NCBI GenBank assembly: GCA_003427395.1
Contig: BFEA01000028.1
Location: 5,156,183 to 5,220,182 of the forward strand
Length of the DNA stretch: 64,000 nt
Origin: Chara braunii
Taxonomy: Eukaryota; Plantae; Charophyceae
Reading direction: 5' to 3'
In this document: positions 25,838 through 38,329 of the stretch, one piece after another
How positions within the stretch are numbered: position 1 is the stretch's first letter
Layout of the letters: every line of letters starts with the position of its first letter
The notes under the pieces: generated by a model
Told to the model about the DNA's origin: nothing
Databases searched by the model: none
What the model saw: only the letters and a program-made list of their open reading frames with translations
Position numbers and translations under genes: made by a program

Positions 25838-28507
25838 CGGGTTTGACGGGCTCCCGGTGGAGTTCTTTTTGGAAACGTGGGACTCCCTGGGACCCTTTCG
25901 TACAGACATATGCAACAGGTTACTAATGGGGGGGAACCTGCCGAGGGGCCTGACGAAATGAATTATAACGTTGATGTATAAAAAGGGAGATAAAAGAGAG
26001 GTGAAAAACTACCGCCCTATCTCTTTGTTGAACGTGGCATACAAAATAGTGGCAAAAGTCATGGCTCGACGACTAGCTAAGTATTTACCAGAAATAATAG
26101 GTCCGGATCAAGGGGCCTTTGTGAAAGGTCGTTCAATTCGTGAGAATATCCTAACTACTGTCCAGGCCTTGTAAGTTATTGGAACAGAAAATAGAAACGT
26201 GGCTACCCTCCTGTTAGACATGGACAAAGCATATGATAAGGTTGGATGGCCTTTTGTTTCTACAACCCTGAAAAGAATGGAGTTCGGGTTGAACTTTCAG
26301 AATTGTCAAGGCCATAAACACACAGGGAACTGCAGTAGTGAATGTCAATGGCTGTCTCTCACAAACAATCCAGCTAACGCGTTCCTTACGCCAGGGTTGT
26401 CCCTTGGCCCCATTGCTCTTCGTAATGCAGTTGGAAGTCCTTCTAGATAATATTAGGCACAACGATGAGATTATTGGCCTGCAAATATCCTCTTCCCTCC
26501 AGTGGAAGGGGAACGCTCTAGCGGATGACTTAACTGTAATCTGCAGTAACACAGTGAACTCACTAACGGAATTGAGATCAGTGGTAGAAACTTACTGTGA
26601 TCTGTCGGAAGGCTCGATTAATTGGAACAAATCAGCCTTTCTCCTACCGGAACCTTGGGAGCTGGCTTTGGACTGAGGGATGAGCAGGGTGGGGGAGAGG
26701 GACTCAGAGAGACTGCTGGGAGTACAGATCTCGCTGGGAAATATTTCAGCCAAACAGGACTCGATACTGGAAGTGAAAGTAAGATCAAGAATAGCGAACT
26801 GGGATAGGGGATATCAATTGTCCCTTTATGGGAGAGCACTTGTTTTATCTGCGGCGACTTTTTCTATTCTATGGTTTCCCATGGCGATTCACTTACTTGG
26901 AGATAGGGCCTACCACAGTATCAGGAGATCAGCAGTGGGTTATGTTTGGAAACCTGCAGCTAAGGACAGGGAAGGAGTGTTGTCAAAAGTGGCCTGGGAC
27001 ACAATAGCTCAACCTAAAGATGATGGAGGACTGGGCCTGGTGGACCCGAGACAACAGAATATGGCATTGCTGGGGAGATGACCTATCAAGGCTATATTTG
27101 CGAAGGAGGAGAAAATATGGGTTAAGTTAGCAGAGTATATTTTGGGGACAGAATGGGAGCTGGACAACAATTGTGTAGTATGGCATTGTTTGCTCCTACC
27201 CTCATTTGCAAACAGGCACCCAAAGTCGCAAATATGGAAGTCAATTCTGACAGCGTGGCGAAAAATCAGGCCAACAGAACACTTTCCCCCTCTTTCGAAA
27301 GGACAAGTGCTGAACGAGTCTTTGTTCGAGAATATCAGAATCCTGCAGCAAGATGGCACACCATTTCCTGTGGCCCAAATTCAGGGGAGCTTCGGGAAAT
27401 CCTGGATTAAGAAAGGGATCTCAGCGGTCAAGGATATTTGGGATGAACAGTCCTTGGACTGGGTCACAGAGCAGATGCTAAGACTGCATCTCCCCAGACT
27501 ACATAACATCAGAATTTATTTTGCAGCATTGAAGGGAGCGATCCCAGAGTCGTGGAAGTCCCTGTTGACAGAAGAAGCGCTACCGCAAGTAGATTCCTGG
27601 GTCAGAGCGCCAACAACGGAGGAAAAGTACTAGAGGGTCCTAGGACCAGATATCCAATAAGGTACGAGGATTCAAGAGTGGGTACCAACAGCTCACTCAA
27701 CTGCGCAGCAGGTGCTGGACAGACAATTAACCCTGATAGATGAAAGGACGGAGACCCTAAACACGGATATGGAAGAAGCTCGGGTTAAGCTGACCAAAGA
27801 TAGTAGAGGGGTAGAGCAATGCATGGGAGGGTTTTCAGCCACTAGGTTCAAGATAGAGCCCTTCGGTTATGGGTGGAATGTGAGTAGACAGCAAACGGAG
27901 TTCATACCGATGGTACAATACTCGACAAAAATTGGCAGGGAGATGCAGAGAGATAGAGTAGCGAAATCCCCAACGGTGGTTGCCTGCAGAAGATGGGATG
28001 ATTACTGCCCAAGCTTGATGGGGCCGCGAGATCTGAAACGCTTGTGGACCCAGTTGAAGAAGATGACAAACCAGAAGACGACGGCCTTGCTCTGGCTGCA
28101 ATCCCTCCAAGTGGTAGCTTCGGCTTCTTGGCTCTCCACCAAGGGTCTAACTATCAGTCAAACTTGTTCTCGGTGTAAATGGGCATGGGAAACAACAGTA
28201 CACCTTTGGATCCACTGCCCGGTTTCGATTAGACTATGGCAGTGGTGGAGGCATAACTGGCGGGCAATCACAGCGGGTGTTACACCGCAAGCTTTGGAAT
28301 GGACAGATAAGTGGATTCTGACTGGGATAAACTCGGACCAGAAACAGTGGTGCAGATGATGGGGGTACGTGGCTCAGGTCTGCAGAGGTGAACTTCTAGG
28401 AGTAATTTGGCAGGCTAGAAATGCAGCCCTGTTTCACGGCGACCATTGGTCCTTTGATCATACCCGGTCGGCATTGAAGACTCGGATAAGGAAAGTCATC
28501 AGAGCAG
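25838..28507 (+). pseudogene. LINE ORF2 reverse transcriptase to zf-RVT, with stops and frameshifts
   Basis: PGFDGLPVEFF, NYRPISLLNVAYKI, DQGAFVKGR, LDMDKAYD, RQGCPLAP, LADD, CSRC..ETTVHLWIHCP; continues KKGKCP from 9148. Confidence 0.93.
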
Positions 28508-28554
28508 AATAGCCTGAAATTCAATCTGGACGTGTTTTAAGTTTTAAGCAGACA

Positions 28555-28800
28555 TGCAGAAAAGCAGTTCAATCGATACATTCTGCACCATATCACAAAC
28601 AAGTCCAGATTCAGGCGTTCAATCCAATCCTCTTTGGTAGTGGGACCTCGCCCCTGAAGTATTGAAATACAAACTCGAGTTCTATCCCAGCTCAGTTGGT
28701 ACACCCTTGAATTGTTGAAATATAGACTCATGTTCGAACTCAACTCAGTTGGTACACCCCTGAACTGTTGAAATAGTACAAACACAAACTCAAGTTCAAA
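28555..28800 (+). repeat. tRNA-like subunit repeat (copy 2)
   Basis: Matches 5655-5850; CTCAGTTGGTACACCC...GAAYTGTTGAAATA unit in tandem. Confidence 0.75.
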
Positions 28801-29699
28801 CGCAGAGGCCTAGCTCAGTAAGTAAGGCACGCAAGTGGCATTCAGGAGGTCTTGGGTTCAATCCCCATTGGCCTCATGCACTTTCCTGGGCAAGCTTGGC
28901 GCCTGCCACCTAGAGATGTGTCGTTGGTCCCCCCGAGTGGCATTGAGCAGAGACCGCTGATGTTCATAGGGGGAGGGGACCGGAGGGGAGGCACAGTGAT
29001 TGGCCCATCGAAGAAGCTCGGTCCTGATGCTACCGGCTGACCCCTCGCCGGTGTCGAGCGCATCGGCCCCCGTGCGAGCGAGGGCCCTCCCGGCCGCGTC
29101 ACGCAGGAGAAACTTGTGTTTTTAACTTTTCAGAGACAACTCGGGGACGACACGGTTACTCGTGCCGACCCTTCGCCGCTCCTGCCGCGTGCGCCAACTG
29201 TACATCCCGCGGTCCCCTACGACAGGATAGGTTCTCGTGGGGAACAACTTACCTTCCCTAAGGGGCTGTCACCACCCTTAGGGGCGTATCCCAGCCGAGC
29301 TACCAACCCACGTGCGAAGACTTTTATAATGCAATTGCAGAGGTAGGTCGGCTGAGGGCGTTTGCTCGTTCGCTGTAGCATAGGTACGCATGGTTGAACG
29401 CCAAAGTGGACCCGAGCGTCGTTCGTCCCTAGGGCGCTGATCTCCGAAGAATCGAACCGACGTCGGTCGACTAGGACGCGATAACCTAAGCGTAAGGAAA
29501 ATCAATCAATCCTGGTCCCTTCTTTCAAAAACAATCAAGAGTCACTTAGACAAAACACTTTTAAATGAAGAAGACTCAGGTCAACGTAATCCATAATACA
29601 ATCATGCATATGACAAAGATTGACTTGACTTCAAACAACACGAATCAATCAAAAGATCAGGGCATGATTAACCTGCATAACGACGCATGAATAGTGCCT

Positions 29700-30511
29700 G
29701 ATCGAATCATCTCCACTCTGTCTGCTAAAATAGCTAGGCTGACACGACCTTTCGACTTGATGAGATGCGCTGCCAAGTTCTTTCATTCCGCTCCACGCCG
29801 ACTGCTAGAAAAGGAACGCAGACATCCCCCAACTCTCAAATAGAGCTAGGATACCATTAACTTTCTAACTTTGGTGTGAATACCATCTGCAAATAATCCG
29901 ACGACCACTATGCGAACCAATAGCCGACTTAAACAACTGACATATTGGTCACCCTGCTGAAAACGAGAATCTGCTTTCAAATTTTGTTATTTGCCCTGTC
30001 CATCTGACAATAATTACTCTTTCCGTTTCACGAATGATGAAGTACCCGCCTTCGACATAATGACTTTCGAGCAATGCTCTAGCTGCTACCTCGTGTCAAC
30101 TAGCCAGCTTATGGTGCAAACCTATCCGCGAAGGTAGTGCCTACACGCACTCCGTCCATAGCTAGTGAAAACACGAACTAAGCTTCTTATGGTGCCAGTT
30201 CCCCATTAGTCTTTGGCTCCTAAGACGGCCACTACAGAGGTATGCTATGGCAAGTCCCCTTAACGTGAGGCGTCAAGAAACTTCAGGCTCTTTCGTGCAT
30301 AGGCGCATGTCCCTCCTCTAGGAGGTGGTCTGGGATACCCCTCGTCCTCGCCCGAGCAAACCTCGGATCTCAGAAGTCGGGCTGGCTCCACCACAACAGC
30401 GTGGTACCCCCCCGCATAAGCGGTCCATTCCGAGTCGATAGCAGGGCCGACCCCTAAGGCAACGAACTCCCGCCTCAGATCCCTCTTAGAAAAAGGAAAC
30501 ACGTCTATCAC
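29700..30511 (-). pseudogene. Decayed accessory ORF of unknown function
   Basis: Protein-like stretches (DVFPFSKRDLRREFVALGVG...; ARALLESHYVEGGYFIIRETERVIIVRW) broken by stops. Confidence 0.4.
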
Positions 30512-32644
30512 GACAGGTAAGACGATCCCTCGTCGCCTGACGTCAAGGGTAACCTAGATGAAAAAGGAAGATCGGAAAAGGAAAAATCATTCAGACGGAC
30601 GGGCATAGACAGGGAAGGTCGTTCGGGAAAGAATGAGCAACCTCAGGAAGAAGTCTATGTCCAATTGATTTCTTCTTCTTTGTGTGATCAAGTTCCTTTT
30701 CGTCGTCCGCTCGTTGTCCTTCCCTTCAACTTGCATGCAAGCAAAAAAATAGAAAACTATCATCATTCCATTCACGTGCGCTGACATGATTAAGTCTCCA
30801 CTTTTCAAGCATCCTTCTACTTACCTGCACATCAGATCAAACAACAAGTTGAAAAGAAAACAATGCAATCCCAACTCATGTCAGACTTCCATTCACACGT
30901 GCAAACAAAACACAACTTCCTCTACCTTTTCAGTGAATATTCAAAGAACAGGGTCAAGCAAGTGTGGGTTCACACAGGTGTGAAGGGGTCTGAGTCAAAC
31001 TGACCGACTGACCTTGAGTGAAGTTGATATGCGGCTCACTCAAGAAGACCGTATAAAATCGCACTCCAAAAAAGACGATCTTCACAACGAGTCACCCGCA
31101 AGCGATCCACACCACTCCCTAGAATGATCGTTTGCCGCGATACCCTCTAGACACACAATCACCTCCCAATAATCTGACGGCGTCTCAGCGTCCCTGTCAC
31201 CAACTGCGCCACCACGTCGTTGCCATCAATACCAGAACATGTTGCCACAAAATGTCCCTCACAGTCTAAGCACTTCCACGTCACCACCTAGAACGCGTTG
31301 TTGCCGCCGCAAAAGTCCAGCAGCACCTCCGCGTCGCTGCCAAAAAAAAAAACACCGTCGATGCCTGAAGATTTCGGCAGCACTTCCACGTCGCCGCCAA
31401 AATCTTAGTGCAGTTGCCGAAAAAAAAAATTGGCAGCGCTTCCGCACCAACGCTGTCAAACCCGCGATGTCGCCGCAAAATTTCGGCAGCGCTTCCGCGT
31501 CACTAACTAGAACGCACTGCCGCTGCCACAAAAAAAACGGCAGCGCTTCCCCATCACCGTCAAAAAGCGCCGTTGCCGTGTCAAACAGGCAGAGTTCCCC
31601 CTGCCCTGCTTGCCGAAAAACCTGCTGCCGCTGTACAAAACGGGCAGAGTTTCCCTTGCACCGCTTGCCGAAAACTTGCCACGAACATCAGCACCTCCCG
31701 CTGGCCCTATGCAGCACGGTGGCTATGGCAGCCTCTCCTTTCTTCACCTTGCTGAGGTGACGGCTATGGCTGTGTTTCACAGCTACGACCACCTTCAGCA
31801 ATCCTCCTCCCTCACCTGCAGACCTCCACTCAGCTTCCTCTCACTCCACTAGCAGCTCCTCCTCCAGCATAATGCTGCTCTCCACTCCACATTCAGTCAG
31901 AATGTGGGCAGCACCTCGACTAAGTGAGGATGCTGCTGGTCAGCCCTACTTTTATAGCTAGGCTGGAGTGGTGGCCAGCCACTTGAGGCTCAGCCAAAAA
32001 AACGGGGCTGAGCCTGGCCCTCGATCTGAACTTCGATCGAGGGCTGGAAATCTTGATGTTCCCCTAGGAACATCGGGTCCCAAACTTTGGCAATGCACCC
32101 GGCCGCCTCCTCCGGCCAGGTGCAGCCCCAAAGTGTCTGTATACATCCAATTGCAGTTGCCTGTTCAAAACGAACAGGCACAGTCCCATCAGCCTCCAGA
32201 GCCTTCTGGGGGCTTTACCTATTCCACGGTCTTACTTTTCTTCCCCCACTCCTTCCTTACTTTTTTTTTTTTCCCTTTTCTTTTACCCCCCCATTTCTAC
32301 GTGCAGGGGGCAACTCGTTTTCGAAAACGAGCAGCCACCCCCTCCCAAGTCGTTTCACAGAGACGAACTAGAGTCGAGCTCATCAGGGTCTTGTTTCCTC
32401 TGCCCCGCGCGCCTGTACCCGGACACAGCCATCGCCAGGTTCAGGCGCGCTGTGGCTGATGCAGCCCGTTTCAAAACACGAACGGGTAAGGCCGTGCACT
32501 ACCATGAAGGCCTGAGGGGGACAAAAGCAAAAAAAAAACCAAAAAAAAAACAAAAAAAACAACTTACCTGAGATGGTTGAGAGTCCCCCGACGCCCCTGC
32601 ACATAGCCACCTAATGTGGCAGATACATTCGCCCATTCGTAGAT

Positions 32645-32699
32645 GGGTTGTCGGGGCACAGCCCCCTGATGAGTCGGTGGGAGTTCGACGAAACAGCCT
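32645..32699 (+). ncRNA. Type III hammerhead ribozyme; predicted cleavage after GUC at 32652
   Basis: GGGTTGTC-GGGGC-ACA-GCCCC-CTGATGA-GTCG-GTGGGAGTT-CGAC-GAAA-CAGCCT: complete catalytic core and three stems. Confidence 0.9.
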
Positions 32700-32728
32700 G
32701 GCCCGGTCACTTCCTCCCTCCCTCTCTC

Positions 32729-32763
<35 letters not shown>

Positions 32764-33343
32764 CCCTAACGGTCGCGATTGGAAACTACCCAAGCGTGTG
32801 CAGAGAGTCCTCGTAACACAAGTACAAGGTCCCAAAACCCGCATCTGAATGTAGCCGCACCAGTGTGGCAGATTCGTCCAATTCTACCCTTCCTGTTGAT
32901 GTCGAATCAGCCCTTTCGTCAAAACGAACGGGCATTCCAATGGTCCAGAAGAAAGAGAACAAAATCTAGAAAAACGAAATAAAAAATCTAAAAAGGAAAT
33001 ATAACTAAGGAAAATCTAAAAGAAGAATCTAATGAAAATCTAAAAAGGAAAGGAAGAAAACAAAAACGAAATACTTACCTCACTGCCAATGGTCGGCCGT
33101 TTTCTGGGCGTTGTCACGTTCAGTAGGAATTGAAGTGCCTGAGGCACTTCAGATGAAGCCATGTGGCACCTCACAGTCCATTAGTTTTAGTCTAGTTTTA
33201 GTTTTTTTTTTTTTTTTTTTCCTTTTCTTAATTCCCGTTGGCTTATGCCAACGGCCTCACCACGTTTGTGGGCTCACCCAGGGACTGTTGAAATACGGAC
33301 CCGAGTTCGATCCCTACTGGAATCGAAAATTTCTTTTTTTTTT

Positions 33344-33388
33344 GGCCCTTTTCTCGATTTATGCGTGCCATCCTTGCGCAGGCCATGC
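33344..33388 (-). pseudogene. U6: 5'-truncated U6 snRNA retrocopy with poly-A tail
   Basis: GCATGGCCTGCGCAAGGATGGCACGCATAAATCGAGAAAAGGGCC followed by A10 matches the plant U6 3' half. Confidence 0.85.
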
Positions 33389-34384
33389 AGTCCAATCGGC
33401 GCGGCTGATTTCAGCCCCGCGATCTCGATGATCGTGCGACCGAAATTGGCCGTGCCATACTGCTTCGGGATCGGGCCACTCCGACAAAAGGAGCTATCCC
33501 AATTTCGATATGTCAAGTTCAATGTCTACATCTAGGGCATATGAGCCTGGAGTCCTACCTATTGGGCTAGCTCCTACTACGAGAAGAGAAAGAGCAACTC
33601 CTCTATATGAGGAGTTTGCCCAATCAATCCTCCCCTTCGTCGTGGCCTTGCGGGCTCTGCCTGCCCATAGCCTTGCAGGCCCAGCCTGCCTGCGGCCCTA
33701 CAGGCCTCGCCTGCTTGTGGCCCTGCATGCTCAGTTGGCCGCGTGACCTTGGCATCAGCCTTTCACCTCCCGGGCTCAGTATCAACCCCATGTGGCCTCA
33801 GAATAAAAACCTTTTTCCTATTCCCCCTACGTCGCGGCTCTATACCCGGTGCACCCATGTTTTTAGCCTATTTGGGCCCTGAATCACGCGGCTGATATTA
33901 TTTTAGGTAGACTAGGTGTAGTTCTACTCTTTCCATGACCGAGCACCCCTGCGGCCTTGTCGGGAACCGCGGACGACAAGTCGTACCGCAAACTCCCCCT
34001 ATTTCGGTCGAACGTCAATGACGTCATACATCAACGACATCATACGTTAACGTCGTCAGGCTTTAGGTTTCTCAGCTATAGGGTTGGTCTGAATAACTTT
34101 GGTAACGTCAATCTCATCATGTTCCTCAACGAAAAAAGTCGGACAGTGTCTGACCTTAAAAACCTCGCGCAGAAACCCTCTCAGAGGTTTCTGTCCCGAC
34201 ACCGGTATCGCCCACCTGCTGTAGAAGGTATCACACCTGCTGGTGGGTGCAACTCCCGCATGTTCCCTTGTTGGAGGCTTGAGCACGGATGTGGCTGCTA
34301 CGGGGTTCCCCGTAATACTATACTGACAATAAAAAAAGGCCTGAAAGGCTGTCCTGTCCAGATTTGACAGGTCAGTTTTGCATT

Positions 34385-34525
34385 GGGCCAGTCAGTTCAT
34401 TGATGATGTCTAAAGGTCGTCTCCCTTGTTGCCTGGGCCGGTCAGTTCATTGATGATGTCTAAAGGTCGTCTCCCTTGTTGCCTAGGGCCGGTCAGTTCA
34501 TTGATGATGTCTAAAGTCCGTCGTC
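34385..34525. repeat. Tandem ~51-bp repeat, about 2.7 copies
   Basis: GGGCCRGTCAGTTCATTGATGATGTCTAAAG three times. Confidence 0.95.
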
Positions 34526-37500
34526 CTTTTTTTTTTCCTTTGAAAAGGGAAAAAGAAACGGGGTGCGGGAGCACGGAACTACGTCAATTTTGCACGGATG
34601 TGCACGGGTTCTGCAATCTATCTGTGCGGTCTCACGCCGCATGTGGAAGTCAATTGGACAGCCGCAAGAAGGTGGCTTGCAACAAACTGGATCCACTACT
34701 CTCTAACACGCCTGGCCGATGCATTCCCTGCCTTTTGGAAAATCTTGATGGATCTGGTGGTCGTTAAACATACCAGCTTTCTCTGGCTGATGATGCACCA
34801 GGCGGTCCCCTTAGCCACCTATATAGTGTGCAAAACAGACAGCAAAAGCAAGACTGGAATGTATGTTCTGCCCTGCCCTGGAACTCGGATGGAGGATTTG
34901 CAACACACTTCGCCCTGCTTTGTGATATCTTCATACCATTTTGGGACTGATGGCGGCGAAATGCCGACATTCCGATCCCTGAAAATTCTACACGCTGGAC
35001 AGACCGATTTGTACTTTTGGGGACAGCGTCCTCCTGACAAACGCTGTTGGGGCACATTTCAGGTACTATGTAGAAGAAACAATCAGGGGAGGCATACTCT
35101 GGACCCTTTGGAAATTGAGAAATACTCTGGACCCTTTGGACATTGAGAAACTCTGCAGGTAGAAGAGGAGAGAGACTGACGCCACCAATGGTCCGGAGAG
35201 AGATCGAATATGCAATAAAGCAGGCAGTTTTGGGAGATGGGGAGTACTGGGTAAAGAGAAATGGAGGCTGTGACGAACTATCTTCTACAACCGTGCGACT
35301 TCCTGCGCAAGGCCGATGTGGAAAAACGGGAGCGGTTTGATGGATGATGGGCATACGCGAGGTTCGGTTGGGCAAATTGCAGGGATACCCTCGCTTCTTT
35401 TTCATTTTTGTGGGAATTGTTGGGCCAGCGCCGGGAAAGCCCTGCGCCGACGATTGGATGGCTGTGTCATGACGGGCGCAAGAAATAACTGTACTATGGC
35501 TTTTTTCTTGTTCTGCTGTGAGCAGTATGAATTTTGGCACGATTAGCGCACAAAAAATTTTATTTTTGTTTTTTTAACCGATATCGAGCCCCCGCGGGAT
35601 CTCGGAATTGCTCTTCCTTTCGGAATTTCCTTTCTGCAATTAGGACTTAGGCTAGGAATTTAGGTCCTCTGAATTTTGTTGCGCAGCGTTCGCACGCATC
35701 TTGTGGCGCAACGAACTGGGTTCTGACGGGATCGCGCCTTTACTCTTGCGCAACTGTCGTTTTGGCGGGCGCGATTGTAACTTTAATCTTTCTTCTTTCT
35801 TGATTCTCCTATGTTGCCCGCCTTCTTCCTTCTTCTTCCCCGTCTCGCATGCTTTGTTCTAATTCAAGTTGGCCGAAGCGCCTGCATGACCGGATCGATG
35901 CGTGGAGAGTGGCAACAACCCCCACGCCTCGGCCTGGCCATGCAGACGTACGCACTTCCTCTCTTCTCTTTCTATCTATCTGGGCTTAATCTCGTACCTT
36001 TCTCGCAGGTAGGCATGCTATAAATTTTGCAAGCGTTGTCGAGCGCATCGGTCCGGCACCACCCAAGGGCAGCGCGGGACCCTCTTGGCCGCGTCACGTA
36101 GGAGTTGGTTTATTCCTTCGTCGCGAATATACATGGAGTTTCCGCAAGCTACTCCGGCCGAGTGCGCCAGCCATATCTCTAGCGAGCCCCTACGACAGGA
36201 TAGGGCCTACGCAAGGCACAACTTACCTCCACCTTACGGGAGTTGTCACCTCCCTTCAGTGGGCGTATCCTCGCCGAGCTACCTGTCCACAGTACGAAAG
36301 CTGACCAGCTGCAATCGCACAGGTGGACCAGCCGATGACATTTCTCGTTCGCTGTAGCATAGGGGGTACACGCGGTATTACGTCTCTATCGGACCCGCAC
36401 GCGAATCGATACTTTGGGAGGCTGAGGTCCCAAGCGCGACTCGTCGCCGGTCGACTAGGACGTATCCCACACACCATGCGCACACTACTATAGAGAATAT
36501 AAAAGTAAAAACACGCACACACACACACTCGTACATATACATATACAGAACGACATTGAACAAACAACGCGACAACACTCCTAGTCCCTTCAGTAGCCAT
36601 CCCATAACTTTTCGACGCGGAAATCAGATAGGCGTCGCGCGCAAAACTTTAGTATAAAACCGCGCGGACACGAGACCCTACTCATATCGACTAGTAATGC
36701 ACTCATTCGCAAGCAATCACAATGAAGGCGCACTATGTAGTACCCATACTCATGCGGTCCTCGTTAGTCTCGAGGGTCGTATTCGACACTCAAGTGTCGG
36801 CTGACACGCGCCTTGAGGGTTAATCTCTCGACGCTGGACAACCGTCAAGTGCGGTTGAGAACCACACCTTCCTCTGTACCCTGCGGAGAGTGGGTGGTAC
36901 ACAGGTTCGTACCTGTGGTGGCAATCGTCTCTTATGGCCCTGGAGACCAGCTCCTTCCCCTAGGGTCTGGAAACGAGTCAAGGGGTTTGACTTTGACGAC
37001 TGCCACGGACTACAACGTCCAACTATAGTAACTTTAAAAAGCAAAAATAGGCCGAAGGCCTCCCCTACCCCAAAATTACAACCTTGGGTAACCCTTTCGG
37101 TTGGGAGCAACGGCCTATAATGACTCTGGATACACATGTACGCATACGGATCACTTAGTCTCATAACTCTAGACACTAGGATGGGTGAACGTCGCCCACA
37201 AGATTCTGCTATAAAGTTGCGCGGTAGCAAGCCTTTCCTACATCAACCGGCGATGCTAGTCATACACGGCAATCGCAGTTTCGGCCTCGCGATATTGAAT
37301 GGCTGAAGAAATGTATCGTGAGGGGTTGCCCTTCACGATATTGAACGGCTGAAGGATGTGCCGTTCAGCCCTCGCGATATTTCTGGCATCAAGGTTGGGT
37401 GTCTCGACGGACAGGGCAGATAGGCTCTGCGCCAGGGAAGATTCATTCCCTGCAGAGTCTAGGGCCAGGGATGTCATGGATAAGGACCTCGAATCCTGGC

Positions 37501-38329
37501 CCAGGACCGACGTTTGACTAAGAATTCTTCAAGAAGCATACAAACAAAATAGAGGGATCTTCCTCCTTTTCTCAATCTCAACCCCCAATTAAATCCTTAG
37601 TACGCGGCCCCCTCAGGCCACACGAACATCCAACATAGGTACACACATATATTTGTATATAAAGGAGGTAAGTATGTGACGATCACTTCTCACAATCACA
37701 GTGGGACTCCTTACAACCATATGTGCATGTGTGATCGCAAGCAGTCAAATCCAAAATCCGAACCACAGAACATACCTGCAATCACATCAAAGAGTCAAAC
37801 AAGAGTCCACGCACTACACGGAGTCAACCCCAATGGTTACCACTCTCTATACTCATACCCCTCACTTTAGCCATGCAAGCCCCAGCCTCCTGTCCAACCA
37901 ACCATAATTAAGTACTCAGTACGTTTGTTAAATGACCATTAAATAAAAGTTAGGGTGAAACCTTAACAAAACAATAAAATCACCAGGGCTAAAACCTTTT
38001 TAGGTTGAGTATTGAGGGCAACTTGGAGTTGAGTCATACACCGACGAATCGGCAACCGGCATGTTATCAGTGATAACAAAAGGTAATCCTCGTAGGATCA
38101 AGCTGAATCTAGCCCAAACCTGTAACACATGACAAGCCAATCCCCCGGGCTGAATCTATGAGTCAAGGTCAAGCGTAACCTCCATATCTCAATCTCACTA
38201 AGAGTCATTCTACTTAACTAAATCTGGGTCTACCCTTAAACCAGTACCTAATGAAAAAGTAGGTCTCTGACGGAATCTCCTCTATACAGGGTGGGCTGTC
38301 AGAATTGCCACCTGTCAAAATATAATCTA

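Larger units (their letters stand above)
8335..28507 (-). mobile_element. Twin-primed (5'-inverted) L1/Tx1 LINE insertion, later split by a gypsy element
   Basis: TSD AATAGCCTGAAATT at 8321-8334 and 28508-28521; poly-T tail, AATAAA signal and ORF2 end (KVWFLNTWALANRL...WL*) on the minus strand at 8335-9015; ORF2 body on the plus strand at 9020-9148 and 25838-28507. Confidence 0.88.
29052..34201 (-). mobile_element. 5.15-kb TGTCG...CGACA unit (solo-LTR-like or LTR-less non-autonomous element)
   Basis: TSD CCGG at 29048-29051 and 34202-34205; left ~450 bp homologous to 36037-36460; no internal direct terminal repeat seen. Confidence 0.8.
28805..34337 (+). mobile_element. tRNA-derived SINE (~380 bp: 28805-29051 plus 34206-34337) split by an insertion
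   Basis: Cloverleaf-like head GAGGCCTAGCTCAG...GGGTTCAATCCCC...GGCCTCA; A-rich tail at 34328-34337. Confidence 0.7.

Noticed and set aside
28805-28877. Functional tRNA gene
   Set aside because: D-loop GG and anticodon stem are defective; a body and A-tail follow, so it is a SINE head. The same applies to 48590-48672.
32345-32395. Second hammerhead on the minus strand (CTGATGA...GAAAC)
   Set aside because: Stem II and stem I cannot be paired convincingly.
33070-33082. U1 snRNA 5' end (ATACTTACCT)
   Set aside because: No U1 body follows; better read as a minus-strand splice donor GAGGTAAGTAT (similarly near 32562).
34400-34515. C/D box snoRNA cluster (TGATGA repeats)
   Set aside because: No D box or terminal stems; simple tandem duplication.
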